Below are positions 1-12,420 of a stretch of 64,000 nucleotides of DNA, piece after piece. The notes beneath the pieces are model-generated. The model saw only the letters and a list, made by a program, of their open reading frames with translations. It was not told the DNA's origin and searched no databases. Location of the stretch: the NCBI RefSeq assembly GCF_018977255.1, contig NW_024704743.1, positions 41,294,001-41,358,000 on the forward strand. Direction: 5' to 3'. The DNA is from Callorhinchus milii. Taxonomy: Eukaryota. Position 1 is the stretch's first letter. The number at the start of each line of letters is the position of its first letter. The position numbers were made by a program, and so were the translations under genes.

Positions 1-825
1 CTTTCATAACAAGACAATGTCTCAGAGCATTTAACCGTATTTTACTCTAAAGTCACTGACTGTATTTTGTAGGCAAACCATTGAGCCTTTTTAGATTAAT
101 GGCCGAACAATCTTATTCATTCAAACCTCTACTGCGATCTTGTGATAAGGTGGCTATCCAGACCCTTGAGGCAGAGGGGAGGGCAATGAGGAGACTAACT
201 GCAACTTCACATGTTATGGTCTTGTGACTTTGTGAAAGTATTGGAAACACTCGGGAAATTCAGACAGGTAATTAATAGTAATTTCCGTAGATTCCTTGAG
301 CCATTCCATCCTTGCAATGCAAATGTAAAAATATGTGATGCACTCCTAAAAAGTAATCAGACTATATTTCATATGAAGTATCACTGATAATTTACAATTA
401 CAGAGTTGTTCTGCTCTGCATCTTCCATGTAGAAAATTCATTGATGTGAACTAAGAGTCATTCTGCTCCATTTGGTAAATTGAGCAAATTTATCCCTGTG
501 TGCTGATAAATAAATGTAATTCAATTTTAAATTATGGAAACCATTATTAATGCAAAATTAAATTATGCTTTTAAAACTGCATTTTATTCATTTGTAAACG
601 CATAAGAGTGGCCGGGAATAACCCTGTGTAAATTGGGTTTGAGCCATGTGAATCACAATAGAGTCTCACAGGCGGTGAAATTACCTGGAGAGGATGATTT
701 CTGCAGCAAGTTGATTTTATCTCTGCAATATAACTGTAGATTGGCACAGTTTAATTTGATCTGCACTCAGATAAATTTCCTTAAAAAGTATTGGGCGTCT
801 CTTTAATAACATTCATAAATTAACA

Positions 826-880
826 GGCCCTTTGGGATTTCCTCCCGATGTGAAAGGCGCTATAAAAGTATAAATTGTAA
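826..880 (+). mobile_element. Isolated L2 LINE 3' tail
   Basis: GGGATTTCCTCCCGATGTGAAAGGCGCTATA matches the tails of the longer L2 copies in the window. Confidence 0.6.
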
Positions 881-2404
881 AATGAATGGTCCTTAAGATA
901 GGCCAAAAACTATTGAGAGCAATAGTTACACAGGAATGTGTGATATAGGAAAAGACCTATACAGCTCATCAGACTTGTACCAAAATAAAGTACGAAATAA
1001 AAATGAAATAAATAACATATTCCTGAATATTCATTGTTCCATAAAAGATTTAGTAATTATCAACTGTGCCAATAAAACATCACTTTTTTTCATCTATTAT
1101 AAGGATTGGTGTAAAACCCCTCTGCTTTCTCCTCAATGATTTCTGTGCAATGGTTGGGCTCCAAAGGGGGATGTGGGAGCAAACTCAACACATTTCCTGT
1201 GGAATATTTGACACAATTTGCATCTACCATAACCTTGGATTCTATTTCACAGTGTCGATGTAAAATATTGAATCCAAATGTTTCCCTCTTCTGAAATCCA
1301 TGCCCCTTCCCCCTCATATCACATTGTCAAAGATTTTTCAACTTGTTGAACATATTATTATGGCTCAGTTAATCTACAATCTTCGGCAGCTGTTTTACAG
1401 AGTTCTTGAGAAGAGATGTGGAATAGAGGCAATAAGATTGAATTGAAGAATTTTCCAAACATCTGCACAGCCAGACCTCTTAAACATCCAGTGGCATTTT
1501 CATAGGAAAAGTCAGGGAAATTGATCCAAGTGAAATTGAAAAAACCTAAACATTGATGCAACCCTGTAGAAGAACAGGTTCCTGTTTTGTCTCATTCATG
1601 GATGATAAGCTTTTGCTTTGATCTGGATGCATAGCCCACATGCAATAAATTCAAACGTCAATAAAATGCATTTGTACAATCAGTGGAGCAAAGCCTCTGT
1701 CACAAAAAAACCTTTGCCTTGGTGATTTCTCCTCTTGACCTTCATTAAACTCCTTTAGATAGGTCAATCAGTAATTCTGCAGTCTAAAGTTGCAGTCTAA
1801 ACACAAAGCTTTCATCGTCTCTCACTCAGAATGCATCCCACTCTTCAGAGATTGTTTGTTTACCTCTGGGATTGTAACGTTGCATTTGAAGTTTCTTTGT
1901 ATTTCATACCATAGAGAGTTTCACAAGCCATTAATAAATTACATACATTAATTTTATGCCCAACATAACTCTGAACCTGAATTTTTCAAGATAAATTATT
2001 TATTTGCTTTATCTTCAGGTGAATTTCAATTGGAAAGACTATTATAAAAGTTGGATATAAATAACATTGCTTCTCTATCTTAAGTTGTTTTCCTGCAGGG
2101 AACAATTAAACAAGACAAGACTTTTTCCAACTCTGGAAAGTGAAACAAGTCTATTATTCAAGAAAATGTTTTTAGATGTGAAACTTCACATTTTATAAAC
2201 TTGGTTTACACTTTAGTGGAAGTTGTTGGGAAACTAACCCCTCAGATAACTAGATTAGGTTTCATATTATGTCAATAACCATTAAGGTAATAACAATGGT
2301 AAACAGCTAATAAATAATTATTGCTAAAATAGTGTTTAATAATAATCCTTGCATTTGATTCAATGTTTCTATCATCATTATAGTTTACTTATATGTATAC
2401 ACCA

Positions 2405-2739
2405 TATTAACCTGTCCACTCCCTCTGCTCAGCAGGCTCTGGTCTGCTCCACATTCCCTTCCCGGCCCGCTCTAGCATCAGCGGTCAAGCATTCAGCCTC
2501 TTTGCCCCCACCCTGTGGAACTCCATCCCACAGTCCCTTCGCCTCACTCCCTCCCTTGCCTTCTTCAAGGCATGTCTCAGGACCCTCCTCTTTGAATACA
2601 CGTTTGGCCACCCTCCTACCCCTACGCTCCCTGCCCGCAAACCCTACTTACCCAACCTCCTGCTCGGGTCCAAATCCCTGACCGTCCAGCACGTCCTTCC
2701 GACTTGAAAGGCACCATACGTATGTAATTTGTTGTTGTT
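2405..2739 (+). mobile_element. 5'-truncated L2 LINE (3' end)
   Basis: Degenerate ORF C-terminus (AFS..APTLWNS..F..LKTLLF type), then the GAAAGGCAC..(TTG)n tail. Confidence 0.85.
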
Positions 2740-3561
2740 GTGCTGACAGAATGTCTGTCAGACATCAAGTCCTGGATGAGAACTAACTTTCTTCAGTTGA
2801 ACGTCAACAAGACCGAGGCTCTCCTGATTGGCTCCCGTCAGCGCCTCCTCATCTCAGATGCTGACAACCATCCATGGTTGCACACTCCACCTTACAAAGC
2901 CAGTCCGGAACAGTGGGGACTTCCTTGACCCTGAACTATCCTTTCTACCCCACATCTGCACCATGAACCGATCTGCCTTCCCCCACCTCAGCAACATCGC
3001 CCGGCTCCGACACTGTCTTCAGCCCGCCGAAACCCTCGTACATTCCTTCATTACATCAAGGCTCGACTACGCAAACTCACTGCTTGTCAGCCTCCCCTAT
3101 CACCCTCATCCTTGCCCAACTCCACTGGATTCCCATCACACAGAGGATACAGTTCAAGATCCTGGTCCTCACCTTCAAAGCCCTCCATGGTCTTGCTTCC
3201 CCCTACCTCTCTGACCTCCTAACCCCTACCACCCTCTTTGCTCCCTCCGCTCAGCGGGCTCTGGCCTTCTTCACATCCTCCGACTTGCTCGCCCCATTAT
3301 TGGCGGGCGGGCCTTCCGCCACTCTTTACCCACCCTCTGGAACTCCATCCCGCAGTCCCTCTGTCTTGCCCCATCCCTCGCCACCTTCAAGACCCACCTC
3401 AAGACCCTCCTCTTCGACTGTGCTTTCGATCTCCCTGCTTCCCCCCCTGCCCTCCCCCCTCCTCAACCTCAGCTCGGGTCCGTAACTCTGTCTGTCCAGC
3501 ACCTTGGGAGATCCTCCCGACATGAAAGGCGCTATTCAAATGCAATTTTGTTGTTGTTGTT
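2740..3561 (+). mobile_element. 5'-truncated L2 LINE, RT C-terminal region to tail
   Basis: Translations [42 protein letters not shown] and LHWIPITQRIQFKIL; ends ATGAAAGGCGCTATTCAAATGCAATT(TTG)n. Confidence 0.95.
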
Positions 3562-3584
3562 ATCTAAAGATGTTTCATAGAGTT

Positions 3585-3975
3585 TCCTATGTATTTGTAG
3601 GCAAATAAGGCAATCAATTTACTGGCCTGAAATGAATGATCAGATATGTTGGCCTGGATACTAGGAGAAACTCCCTTCACTTTTCAAATAGTATCATGGT
3701 TGATCTGACATATGGCTCATCCATCAATGCAGTGGTCCCCAAACACTTATTAGAGTGTTAGGCTAGACTTGTGGTGGCCAACTAAACCAAATAAATATTT
3801 CTTGATTGATTATTTATTTATGGCATAAATCTATGCTATTTGGTTATATCCATGATTACTTTGTTGGCCAACTAAAAGGTTGACCTCCACTGGCCCTGAC
3901 TATGAACTCAAGTCACAGTATAAGGCTTCAACCATCTGACTCAGAGACGAAAGTACCACCAAATGATCCAGCTGA
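3585..3975 (-). mobile_element. Old Deu-domain SINE, degenerate
   Basis: Reverse complement resembles the tRNA-like head (CTCTGAGTCAGATGGTTG) and the body of the copies at 37870 and 45560. Confidence 0.55.
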
Positions 3976-4204
3976 AAAAAAATTCTTGAAGAACACAACT
4001 CCTCACAAGTAACACATATTATCAATAATACTATGGTGAATTTATGCATCTCACTGCAACCCACTTTAACAATAATTGGCGTCCTGAATTAGAGAATTTC
4101 CCACAAACCTGTGCGATCTTAAATTTTTAGCATAAAAAGATTTTGCAGGCTAAGACTAGGTGGAATTTCAGACCTCAGCCTCTTCAGCTCCTGGCAAATT
4201 ACCA

Positions 4205-4282
4205 CAACAACAATGGCAACAACAACAACAATTTGCATTTATATAGAGCCCTTCATGCCGGATGGTGTCTCGAAGTGCTTAG
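4205..4282 (-). mobile_element. Isolated L2 3' tail (older variant)
   Basis: (CAA)n TTTGCATTTATATAGAGCCCTTCATGCCGG is the reverse complement of the L2 tail. Confidence 0.7.
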
Positions 4283-4710
4283 CTATCAATGATATATAAA
4301 TTATAGCTTTGTGGATGCTCCAGAACTGAGTGCTTTTTTTTTAATGTTCTTAATGAGCTAGGTATGAGAACAACTCATCAATTACATCAATTGATGGTCT
4401 GTTGAAACTTCTTGGGGGCATCTATTGAACTGCCTGAGAATTTTCAAAGAGCCCAAAAATGTGTATGGTTGGCGCTGATTTGTGCCACTGTACTGCAGAA
4501 GGTGAATGAAGCTTCTGAAACCATTGCCTCCCAGTGATCCCCAGAGCAAGGCTCCAGCACGATTTTCACATGATTTTCATTCATTCAAAACCCACTTTTC
4601 TCCCAATTGCAGCACCTTTCCAGTAAAACATGCAGCATGAACAGACCTTTATATATATATGATATCTGCACCATGACCGGCACTGCCTACCACCACCTAT
4701 ATCTATATAT

Positions 4711-5393
4711 ACAACAACTAAATTACATTTATAGAGCGCCTTTCATGTCGGGAGACGTCCCAAAGCGCTGGACAGTCAGGGGTCGGGACCCGAGTATGGG
4801 GTAGGGGTAGGGTAGGGGTGAGGGAAGGCAGAGAGGTGGGAGCGTTACTGAAGGCGCAATCGAAAAGAAGGGTCTTGAGACCGGCCTTAAAGCAGGCAAT
4901 GGAGGAAATGAGGTGAAGGGAATGTGGGATGGAGTTCCAGAGTGTGGGGGCAGAGGCTGAAAGCCCGGCCACCAATGGTAGGGTGGGTCAGGCGGGAGAC
5001 ATGGAGCAGACCGGAACCCGCTGAACGGAGGGAGTGGGCAGGTTGGTAGGGAGTCAGCAGGTCAGAGAGGTAGGAGGGATAGCCTTGAAAGTGAGGACGA
5101 AGATCTTAAATTCGATCCTCTGAGGGATGGGGAGCCAGTGGAGTCGGTGAGGATGGGAGTGATGGGGTCACGGAGCCTGGTGCGTGAAAGTACGCAAGCT
5201 GCAGAGTTTGGGATGATATGCAGCTTGTGAAGGGAAGAGTTGGGAAGGCCGCTGAGGAAGGGGTTCCCGTAATCGAGCCTTGATGTGATGAACGCGTGGG
5301 TGAGGGTTTTGGCAGCCTGAGGGGTGAGGCAGTGGAGGAGTCTGGCAACATTGCAGAGGTGGTGGTAGGCAGTGCCGGTCATGGCGCGGATAT
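4711..5393 (-). mobile_element. 5'-truncated L2 LINE flanked by TA-rich tracts
   Basis: Minus-strand ORFs HAFITSRLDYGN and APTLWNSIP..FKAGLKTLLFD; tail at 4711-4775. Confidence 0.95.
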
Positions 5394-6960
5394 TATATAT
5401 ATAAAATATGTATATCATATATAAAATATATATATATACAAAATATAGAAATTAAGAATTGGAAAATGCTTGATAAGAATCCTCTAGGAGTATTAAACCC
5501 TTAGTGACTTTCTTTTAGATCGGATCAATTTCTTGAAATGCAACTCTAATAATTGGATTCATTGTCACTTTTGGTTGATGGACAGAAATTCATTTGTATT
5601 GCATTCAACCATTTTGGGGGAAAAAGCAGTAACACAAAGGCAAAACAGTAAGGCAAAAGTCCCATTATTGTTAAACATATCATTTTCCTCTCAACATGAA
5701 GCAGACAGTAAGTTTGTGATGATCTAAAAATAAGATTGAGTACTGATATCTGTTCTTCCTCTGCTGCTGGCCTTCAGAATAACATTTACAAGCATTCACT
5801 TGTGCCCCAAATTGATTCCTGATTTCCTCATTCTTGATAAGTACTTGCTCTGAGTCAAGTGGAAACCAGAAGCAATGTTCCTGAGCTGTCAATCAGGCTC
5901 CTAAATCAGAACTGTTATTTGAATATAGCCAGCTACATCTCTGAACAAGATTGAGGTCAGAGTCAAAGTAATGTCCTTCAAGCACTTAAACCAGATAGTT
6001 CCACAAGGTGAATTATACCTTTCATGTTAGAGGCACTTCCCAAAACAGTAGCAATTATTTTATGTACTCAAAAGGAGCTCAACAAGCAGTAAGTCAATAG
6101 TTCCTTTTACAGACACTCTAAACTATTTGCAGCATATTTTGGGGGGATACTTTATAAGCCCTATATGTCATCTTATCAATTACATCAGGATTTCCAACTT
6201 GTGATCTCTAAATCAATCAGTGGATAAGTTAACAGTGCACATCAATCTTGAGGTGGGCTACAGATAAAACATAATATACCTATATAATGATTTACAGTGC
6301 TGCAGGGCACTGTCACCAAGTGTGGTTATATTTTATGTGTGGAGCCTGAAGAATTGTAAGTTGGAAGTACTAATTTGAGAGATTTTAATAAGAATCAATT
6401 AGGATTAGATGGAGAAGCCTTAAATAATCTAAATTTTCCCTTGTGTACATGGTTTTCGATTGAACCATACTTTAAACACATAGCAGTTTACAGTCACTGC
6501 TGTGAACATCATTTAATTCACTGACTCCTTGTCTCCCAGACCAATCATTTAGATTGCTTGATATTTCTCATGTGTAATACTGCTGGTGGTCAGGCTCCAC
6601 CTAAATTGGGCCTTAAATAAATAAGAGAAATAAATAAATTAAATCCGAGATGTTCTGGATGCCTGATGGAGTGTTATTTTGTGCACCACACAGTAAACCT
6701 CTCTACCTTGTGTAAAACTCATTTTAAGTGACACATGTACTGTTTGAGATCCCCAAATATGCCGTCCATAACTACACTGGTTCAGTTATGGGCAAACCTC
6801 AGCATCAGTTAGTGGTGTGCAATGAAAATTGAGCTGATAGTCCTTGCTTCAAGGAACCACCCTATCACAATCTTTGAGGCACTGCAAAACATTTTTGACA
6901 CAATGGATATATAATAATAATGATAATAATTATAATCCTTGCATTTGAAATACTGCCTTA

Positions 6961-7276
6961 TAATAATAATAATCCTTGCATTTGATAGAGCGCTTTTTCA
7001 CGTCGGGAGGACATTCCAAAGCGCTTCACAGAATACACTGTAAAGTGAATTGACTGTATATTTGTGGGCGAACGCGGCAGCCAATTGCGCACAGCAATGT
7101 CCCACAAACGGTCGTAGATTGAGAATTACCAATTTAATTATTGTTTTTGGTTTTTGGAGGGATTATTATTAGGTGTGTGGAGTAAGGAAACTTGCCCAAG
7201 GTTTCGCCCTGCCTGGAATTGAACCCAGGTCTCTCACTTGCAAAGCGAGTGCTCTAACCACTGAGTTACAGGACTC
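6961..7276 (-). mobile_element. tRNA-Ala-derived SINE, short subfamily, full length
   Basis: Head GAGTCCTGTAACTCAGTGGTTAGAGC..TTTGCAA..GGTTCAATTCC (A and B boxes, TGC loop), Deu-like 3' part, L2-like tail with (TTA)n; highly similar to 30598-30925 and 35799-36100. From memory it resembles elephant-shark SINE2-type elements (unverified). Confidence 0.95.
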
Positions 7277-7484
7277 ACCTCTTCGAGACATCTCAAAGAA
7301 CTTCACAGAATGTACTGTAAAGTGAATTGACTAAATTTGTGGGTGGATGCCCACAAACAAAATAATCATGAGCAGACCCTGGAAAACACCAGTTTCTGGG
7401 ATGGGTCCTGCCCTGGCTATTCCCCAATACATACATGCTACCTGCGCTTAATGTCCAGCAGCAATTTAAACTCTTAAATCGATT

Positions 7485-7870
7485 ATTAATCACAATCCTT
7501 GCATTTGATATAATGCCTTATCACATTGTCAAAACATCTTAAAGAGCTTCATAGAATTTAACCATAACTGTATTTTGAAGCCGATGCAGCAGTCAATTTG
7601 TGCATAACATTTTCTACAAACAGCCATGAAGTGAATGGGGGGAATAGTTCACTAAAACACCAGGAAAAACTGCCTTCTCTTTTCAAGTTGTGTCAGGAGG
7701 TTTGTAATATCCACCTGAACAGATAGATAGTAACTTGGTTTAATGTCTTCTCTGAAGAACAGAACAATGCAGTGCTACCTCAGCACTTTTGTGTAGTGTC
7801 AGCCTGGAGTGTCAGCTCAGAATCCCAACGTGGGGTTTCAATTGAGCCTCCCGACTCAGAGGAGAAATTG
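7485..7870 (-). mobile_element. Old Deu-domain SINE
   Basis: Tail (TCCTTGCATTTGATATAATGCC), Deu-like body (CCACCTGAACAG, GTGTCAGCCT) and head (GACTCAGAGG) on the minus strand. Confidence 0.75.
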
Positions 7871-9054
7871 TTCATTTTGAATAAGTCATAAACCATTTTC
7901 ACACTAACGTGGATCATAAAATTCTTCATTCATACACCATTTTTTAATTTAAACTGCTACCTATTTTCAAACAATTTTTTTGTGATTTTGTCCATCTTTA
8001 TGGGATATGTATAATATGTATTACTGCTATAAAATGTAATAAAGACAGACATTACAATCTAAATAAAACAGCGAGTAACTGCAATTTGGAAAAAAAGTAA
8101 TTTGGTTTGCAGTTTATAAGATGCATTTTGCTTTTAACCAAAGCTCAACATACAATTATACAACATTGCTTAATTGAACAGCAAGTTTACTGTCATTGTA
8201 TTCTTGACAATTTCTTTCAAATGTAATTCACCAAAGGGTATTTGTGTTCTTTCCCTGGAGGTGTCTCTCTGTGCTTCAGCTGTACTGTGTAACATCTTCC
8301 TCTGTTGTGCGATGGAGAGAAAGATGGTCTTTTATCATTCAGATTGAATTTCTCAGCAACCTCAAAGCGATTGCATTCCTTTGAATTCTGAAAATATTGT
8401 AATGCTTTATACTTTGCAATTTTTATTTTAACATATTTTGCTTGATGTCAGGGAAGTGTCAAATTTTTCAGACAGTGATATCCATATGTATTGGACAGGA
8501 AATAACAGGGAATAAAGAACTGAAGATACACAGAAATAAAAAATATATAGCAATTATAAATGCAAACATGGTGCATATGGTAATGATACTGAATTAACAC
8601 GTTTAATTGCTTTTTTAATGTTTTCTATTGCTCCTTATTCTGTTATTAGTGATCTGTAGTAAATAAAATGAAGCATTTTATTGTGAGTGTTCACATGTTT
8701 CTTTCTCACAGACATCTTTACTCTTATGTCTGATGTACAAATAACTTGCATGAATTGGAGGAACAGGTATTCAATATGCAGAAAGTGATCTTTTTATGAT
8801 TACTGGTAATAACTATCACATTGTATATGGTGTACAATTTTAGTTTACGCTAATTTTAGTTTACTCTAATTAACACAGGGAATCGGGTAAAAAAATTGTA
8901 AATTTTGTTAATATAATACTAAAATATGCTATGTACAATTTGATAGTTAAGGAATGGAAAAAGGAAAACCAGGAAATGGAATAAGGAAAAACATGAATTT
9001 GTTCATTAAATACCTAGTACCAGCATCACTTACGTAGACAGCCACCCTTGCCTA

Positions 9055-9172
9055 TACCTCTTTGACCTAATTTTCAGTCTTTTATCCCCTCCCCACCCTC
9101 TTTGGCTCCCACCTCCCAGGTTGGACATCCAGCGAAAAGTGTGAAGTGCTTTGAGATGTCCTGACATGAAAG
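9055..9172 (+). mobile_element. L2 3' end fragment
   Basis: CTCTTTGACC..GCTTTGAGATGTCCTGACATGAAAGGC; lies tail-to-tail with the minus-strand L2 at 9180. Confidence 0.6.
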
Positions 9173-9369
9173 GCAGCAACCGCAACAACAAAATAACATT
9201 TGTAAAGCATCTTTCATGTCGGGAAGGCTTCCCAAGGCGCTGAACAGTGAGGGATCAGGACCCGAGCGTGGGGGGGCAGGGTTGGGATGAGGGAGGGCAG
9301 AGGGGTAAGTAGGGCTGAAGACACGAATAAAACAACAACAAAAACCAAATGACATTTATAGAGTGCCTT

Positions 9370-11779
9370 TCACCTCGGGAGGACGTCCCAAAGCGTTGAA
9401 CAGCCAGGTATCTCGGCCCGAGCATGGGGCAAGGGTGCTGTAGGGGTGAGGGAAGGCAGAGAAGTGGGAGGGAGACCAAAGACATGGTCGAAGAGAAAGG
9501 TCTTGAGACCGGCCTTGAAGGAGGCAATGGAAGAAGTGAGGTGAAGGGATCGTGGGATGGATTTCCAGAGTGTGGGGACAGAGAGGCTGAAAGCCCGGTC
9601 ATCGATGGTAGGGTGGGTCGGGTGGGAGACATGGAACAGGCCGGAGCCCGATGAACGGAGGGAGCGAGCAGGTTGGTAGGAAGTCAGCAGGTTAGAGAGA
9701 TAGGAGGGGGCAAGGCCATGGATGGCCTTAAAGGAGAGGACGAGGATCTTGAACTCAGTCCTCTGGGGGATGGGGACCCAGTGAAGTCGGGCCAGGTTGG
9801 GAGTGATGGGGTCACGGAGGCTGTTGCGTGAAAGTACACGAGCTGCAAAGATTTGAATGATCTGCAGCTTGTGAAGGGAAGAGTTGGGACGGCCGATGAG
9901 GAGGGAGTTCCCATAATCAAGCATTGATGTGACGAATGCATGGGTGAGGGTTTTGGCAGCCTGAGGGGTGAGGCAGTGGCAGAGTCTGGCAATATTGCGG
10001 GGGTGGTAATAGGCAGTGCTGGTCATGGCTCGGATGGGGGGAAGAAAGGAAAGTTCAGGGTCAAACAAGATACCCAGGTTCCTGACTGGCTTAGTGAGGT
10101 TGAGTGTGCAGCCATGGAGGCTGATGCTGCCAGCGCCTGATGTGCGGAGGCGCTGACGCGAGCCAATCAGGAGGGTCTCAGTCTTGCTGATGTTGAGTTG
10201 GAGAAAGTGGGCCATTGTCCAGGACTTGATGTCGGACAGGCAGTCGGTCAGAACACCAGTAATCCTGGAGTTCAGGATGGAAGCAGAGAGGTAGAGTTGG
10301 ATGTCATCCGCATACATGTGGAAATTTAACCCATGTCTGTGGATGACATCACCAAAGGGGAGCATGTCGAGGGTGAAGAGGAGGGGACCGAGGACAGAGT
10401 CCTGAGGAACACCGCACAAGACAATGCAGGGGCTGGAGGAAAATCCATTTGCCGCGACAAAGTGGAATATGTGAAAGGTAGGATCTGAACCAGTCAAGAA
10501 CAGAACCTTCAAGGTTAAGGTGGGAGGAGAGGCGGTGGAGGAGGATTGAGTGGTCCACGGTATCAAAGGCGGCGGAAAGATCGAGGAGGACGAGGAGGCA
10601 GAGGGAGCCCTGGTCACACATGGTCAAGATGTCGTTTGTGACCTTGACCAGAGCAGTTTCTGTGCTGTGGGCAGCACGGAAACTTGATTGGAGGGTATCA
10701 TGGAGGGAGTAAGAGGAGAAGAAAGAGTGAAGCTGGGAGGCGACGGCTCTCTTTAGGACCTTCGATAGGAAAAGGAGATTTGAAATGGGCCGGTTAGCTG
10801 GACAGCTCTGATGGGTCGAGGGAAGGTTTTTTTCAAGTTGGGGGTGATAGTGGTTATTTTTAGGGGTGAAGGAACAGTGCCAGATGACATGGAGAGGTTA
10901 ATGATGTCGGTGAGTAGTGGGGCAAGGACGTGGAGCTGGGATTTAAGGAGAGGGGTAGGGATGGGGTCGAGGGAGTAGGTTTTGGATTTTATGGAGGTTA
11001 CCGTGTTGAAGACAGAGGAGTTGGTGACAGGTTCAAAGGTGTGGAAGGAGGGGTGGCCTAGAATGATAAGGGGGTTGGAGCAGAGGCGGAGGGAAGCAAA
11101 GAGGTTGGAGATGTCAGAGATGAAGGTGTGAGAGGATTTTGGGGGGCGGTAATTTAAGAGAATTTTCAAAGAGAGGTGGGAGGGTTGGCATAGTGTAAGG
11201 TGTTCAAAAGAGGGGAACGAGCCGGTGGAGTAGGGGGATAGGGCAAATGACACCCTGGATATGAGGGCCTCACCACCGCCATGATGGTTGAGGCGTGGGG
11301 CATGGTGGTAGATGAGGCTGGGTGGTGTGGCCTCAGTGAGGGGAAAGGTGTCACTTGGGGTGATCCAGGTTTCTGTGAGTGCCATAATGTCAATGTGCTC
11401 ATTGAGGATGAGATCATTAATGGCCAGGGTCTTGGAGATGGAGCGGACATTTTGAAGTCCAATGCGGAGTGGACAGTTGGCAGAGGGATATGTGGGATGG
11501 GAGAGGGTAGTGGAATGGTTGAGAAGGAGGGTGGGGATGCAGATGAGGGAGGAGAGATTAGCCCCCAGGGTCAGGGTCGTGGGTGGCTTGCGGCGGTAGT
11601 GGGGAATGGGGCAGTCGGTGTGGCTGCTGCTGGACATCCAACGCTGAGTGCCCTGATGAGCACGGCGGAGGATTCCCAGCCTGGAGCAGAGGGAGGCAGT
11701 GGAGTTTCAAGCAGAGACAGAAGATGAGGGGGGTGGAGAGAGAGCAGGACAGAGCGGGAGAGTTGCAGGGAGGGGGCAT
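9370..11779 (-). pseudogene. Disrupted L2 ORF: apurinic-like endonuclease plus reverse transcriptase
   Basis: LRIGLQNVRSI..IMALTETW (APE), [46 protein letters not shown] (RT); several frameshifts. The start ATG at 11779 is inferred. Confidence 0.92.
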
Positions 11780-12204
11780 TTTGAGGGAGAGGCAGCTCGG
11801 GTCGGGGACGGCAGCCAAGATGCGCACCCTGGGACAAGAGATGGCGGGTTTAGCAAGACATTGTCAGACTGCAGGAGGCTGCGGGTGCTAAAGTTGGCGG
11901 AGAGATGGGAGGGCCCTCATTGTGGCTAACAAAGACCATCCTGCAGGGGAAGAACAGGGCAGACAGACAGAGGGTGTGAGGGAGGGAGACACTGGTACAG
12001 GCTTTACTATCCTGTACTGTACTGTTCAATAGCTGCTACCAGGGATTCAAACCTGGTGGGCAGAAGTGAAGTCATGCAGAATGGCGGGAAAATCTGGAGG
12101 TCTAAAATGGCGACTCCCCCTTGACCGGTAATGGCCGCCGCTCAATCCCCGCGACACCCGCCTCACCTCAAGGTCCACGAGACCCCCGGCCCAGCCAGTA
12201 GTTA

Positions 12205-12317
12205 CCGGCCCCTGCCTCTGGCTAACGCCGGGTCCCGATCCCCGGGACCCCCGGCCACTGCCTCTAGCTAGCGCCGGCCCCGATCCCTTGGGACCCCGGC
12301 CCCCGCTCTGGCTAATA
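12205..12317. repeat. About 45-bp GC-rich tandem repeat (2.5 units) in the L2 5' region
   Basis: Units CCGGCC.CTGCCTCT.GCTA.CGCCGG..CCCGATCCC..GGGACC start at 12205, 12251 and 12296. Confidence 0.85.
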
Positions 12318-12420
12318 CCAGTTCCAAGCCCCAGTAGACCAGCCCTGTGACTCCCTGCCGCTGGCTGACTTACCTTCCGTGAGTCCCACTCGATTTACCT
12401 GGGTTTTCGAGGCCCTGCCG

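Noticed and set aside
9370..10617. 415-aa ORF as a functional RT or host gene
   Set aside because: It is a frameshifted piece of the L2 ORF. Its N-terminus is out of frame with the RT start and the endonuclease is deleted.
11281..11929. Plus-strand ORFs over the L2 (also 9424, 9940, 27670 and similar)
   Set aside because: They are antisense shadows of C-rich LINE sequence.
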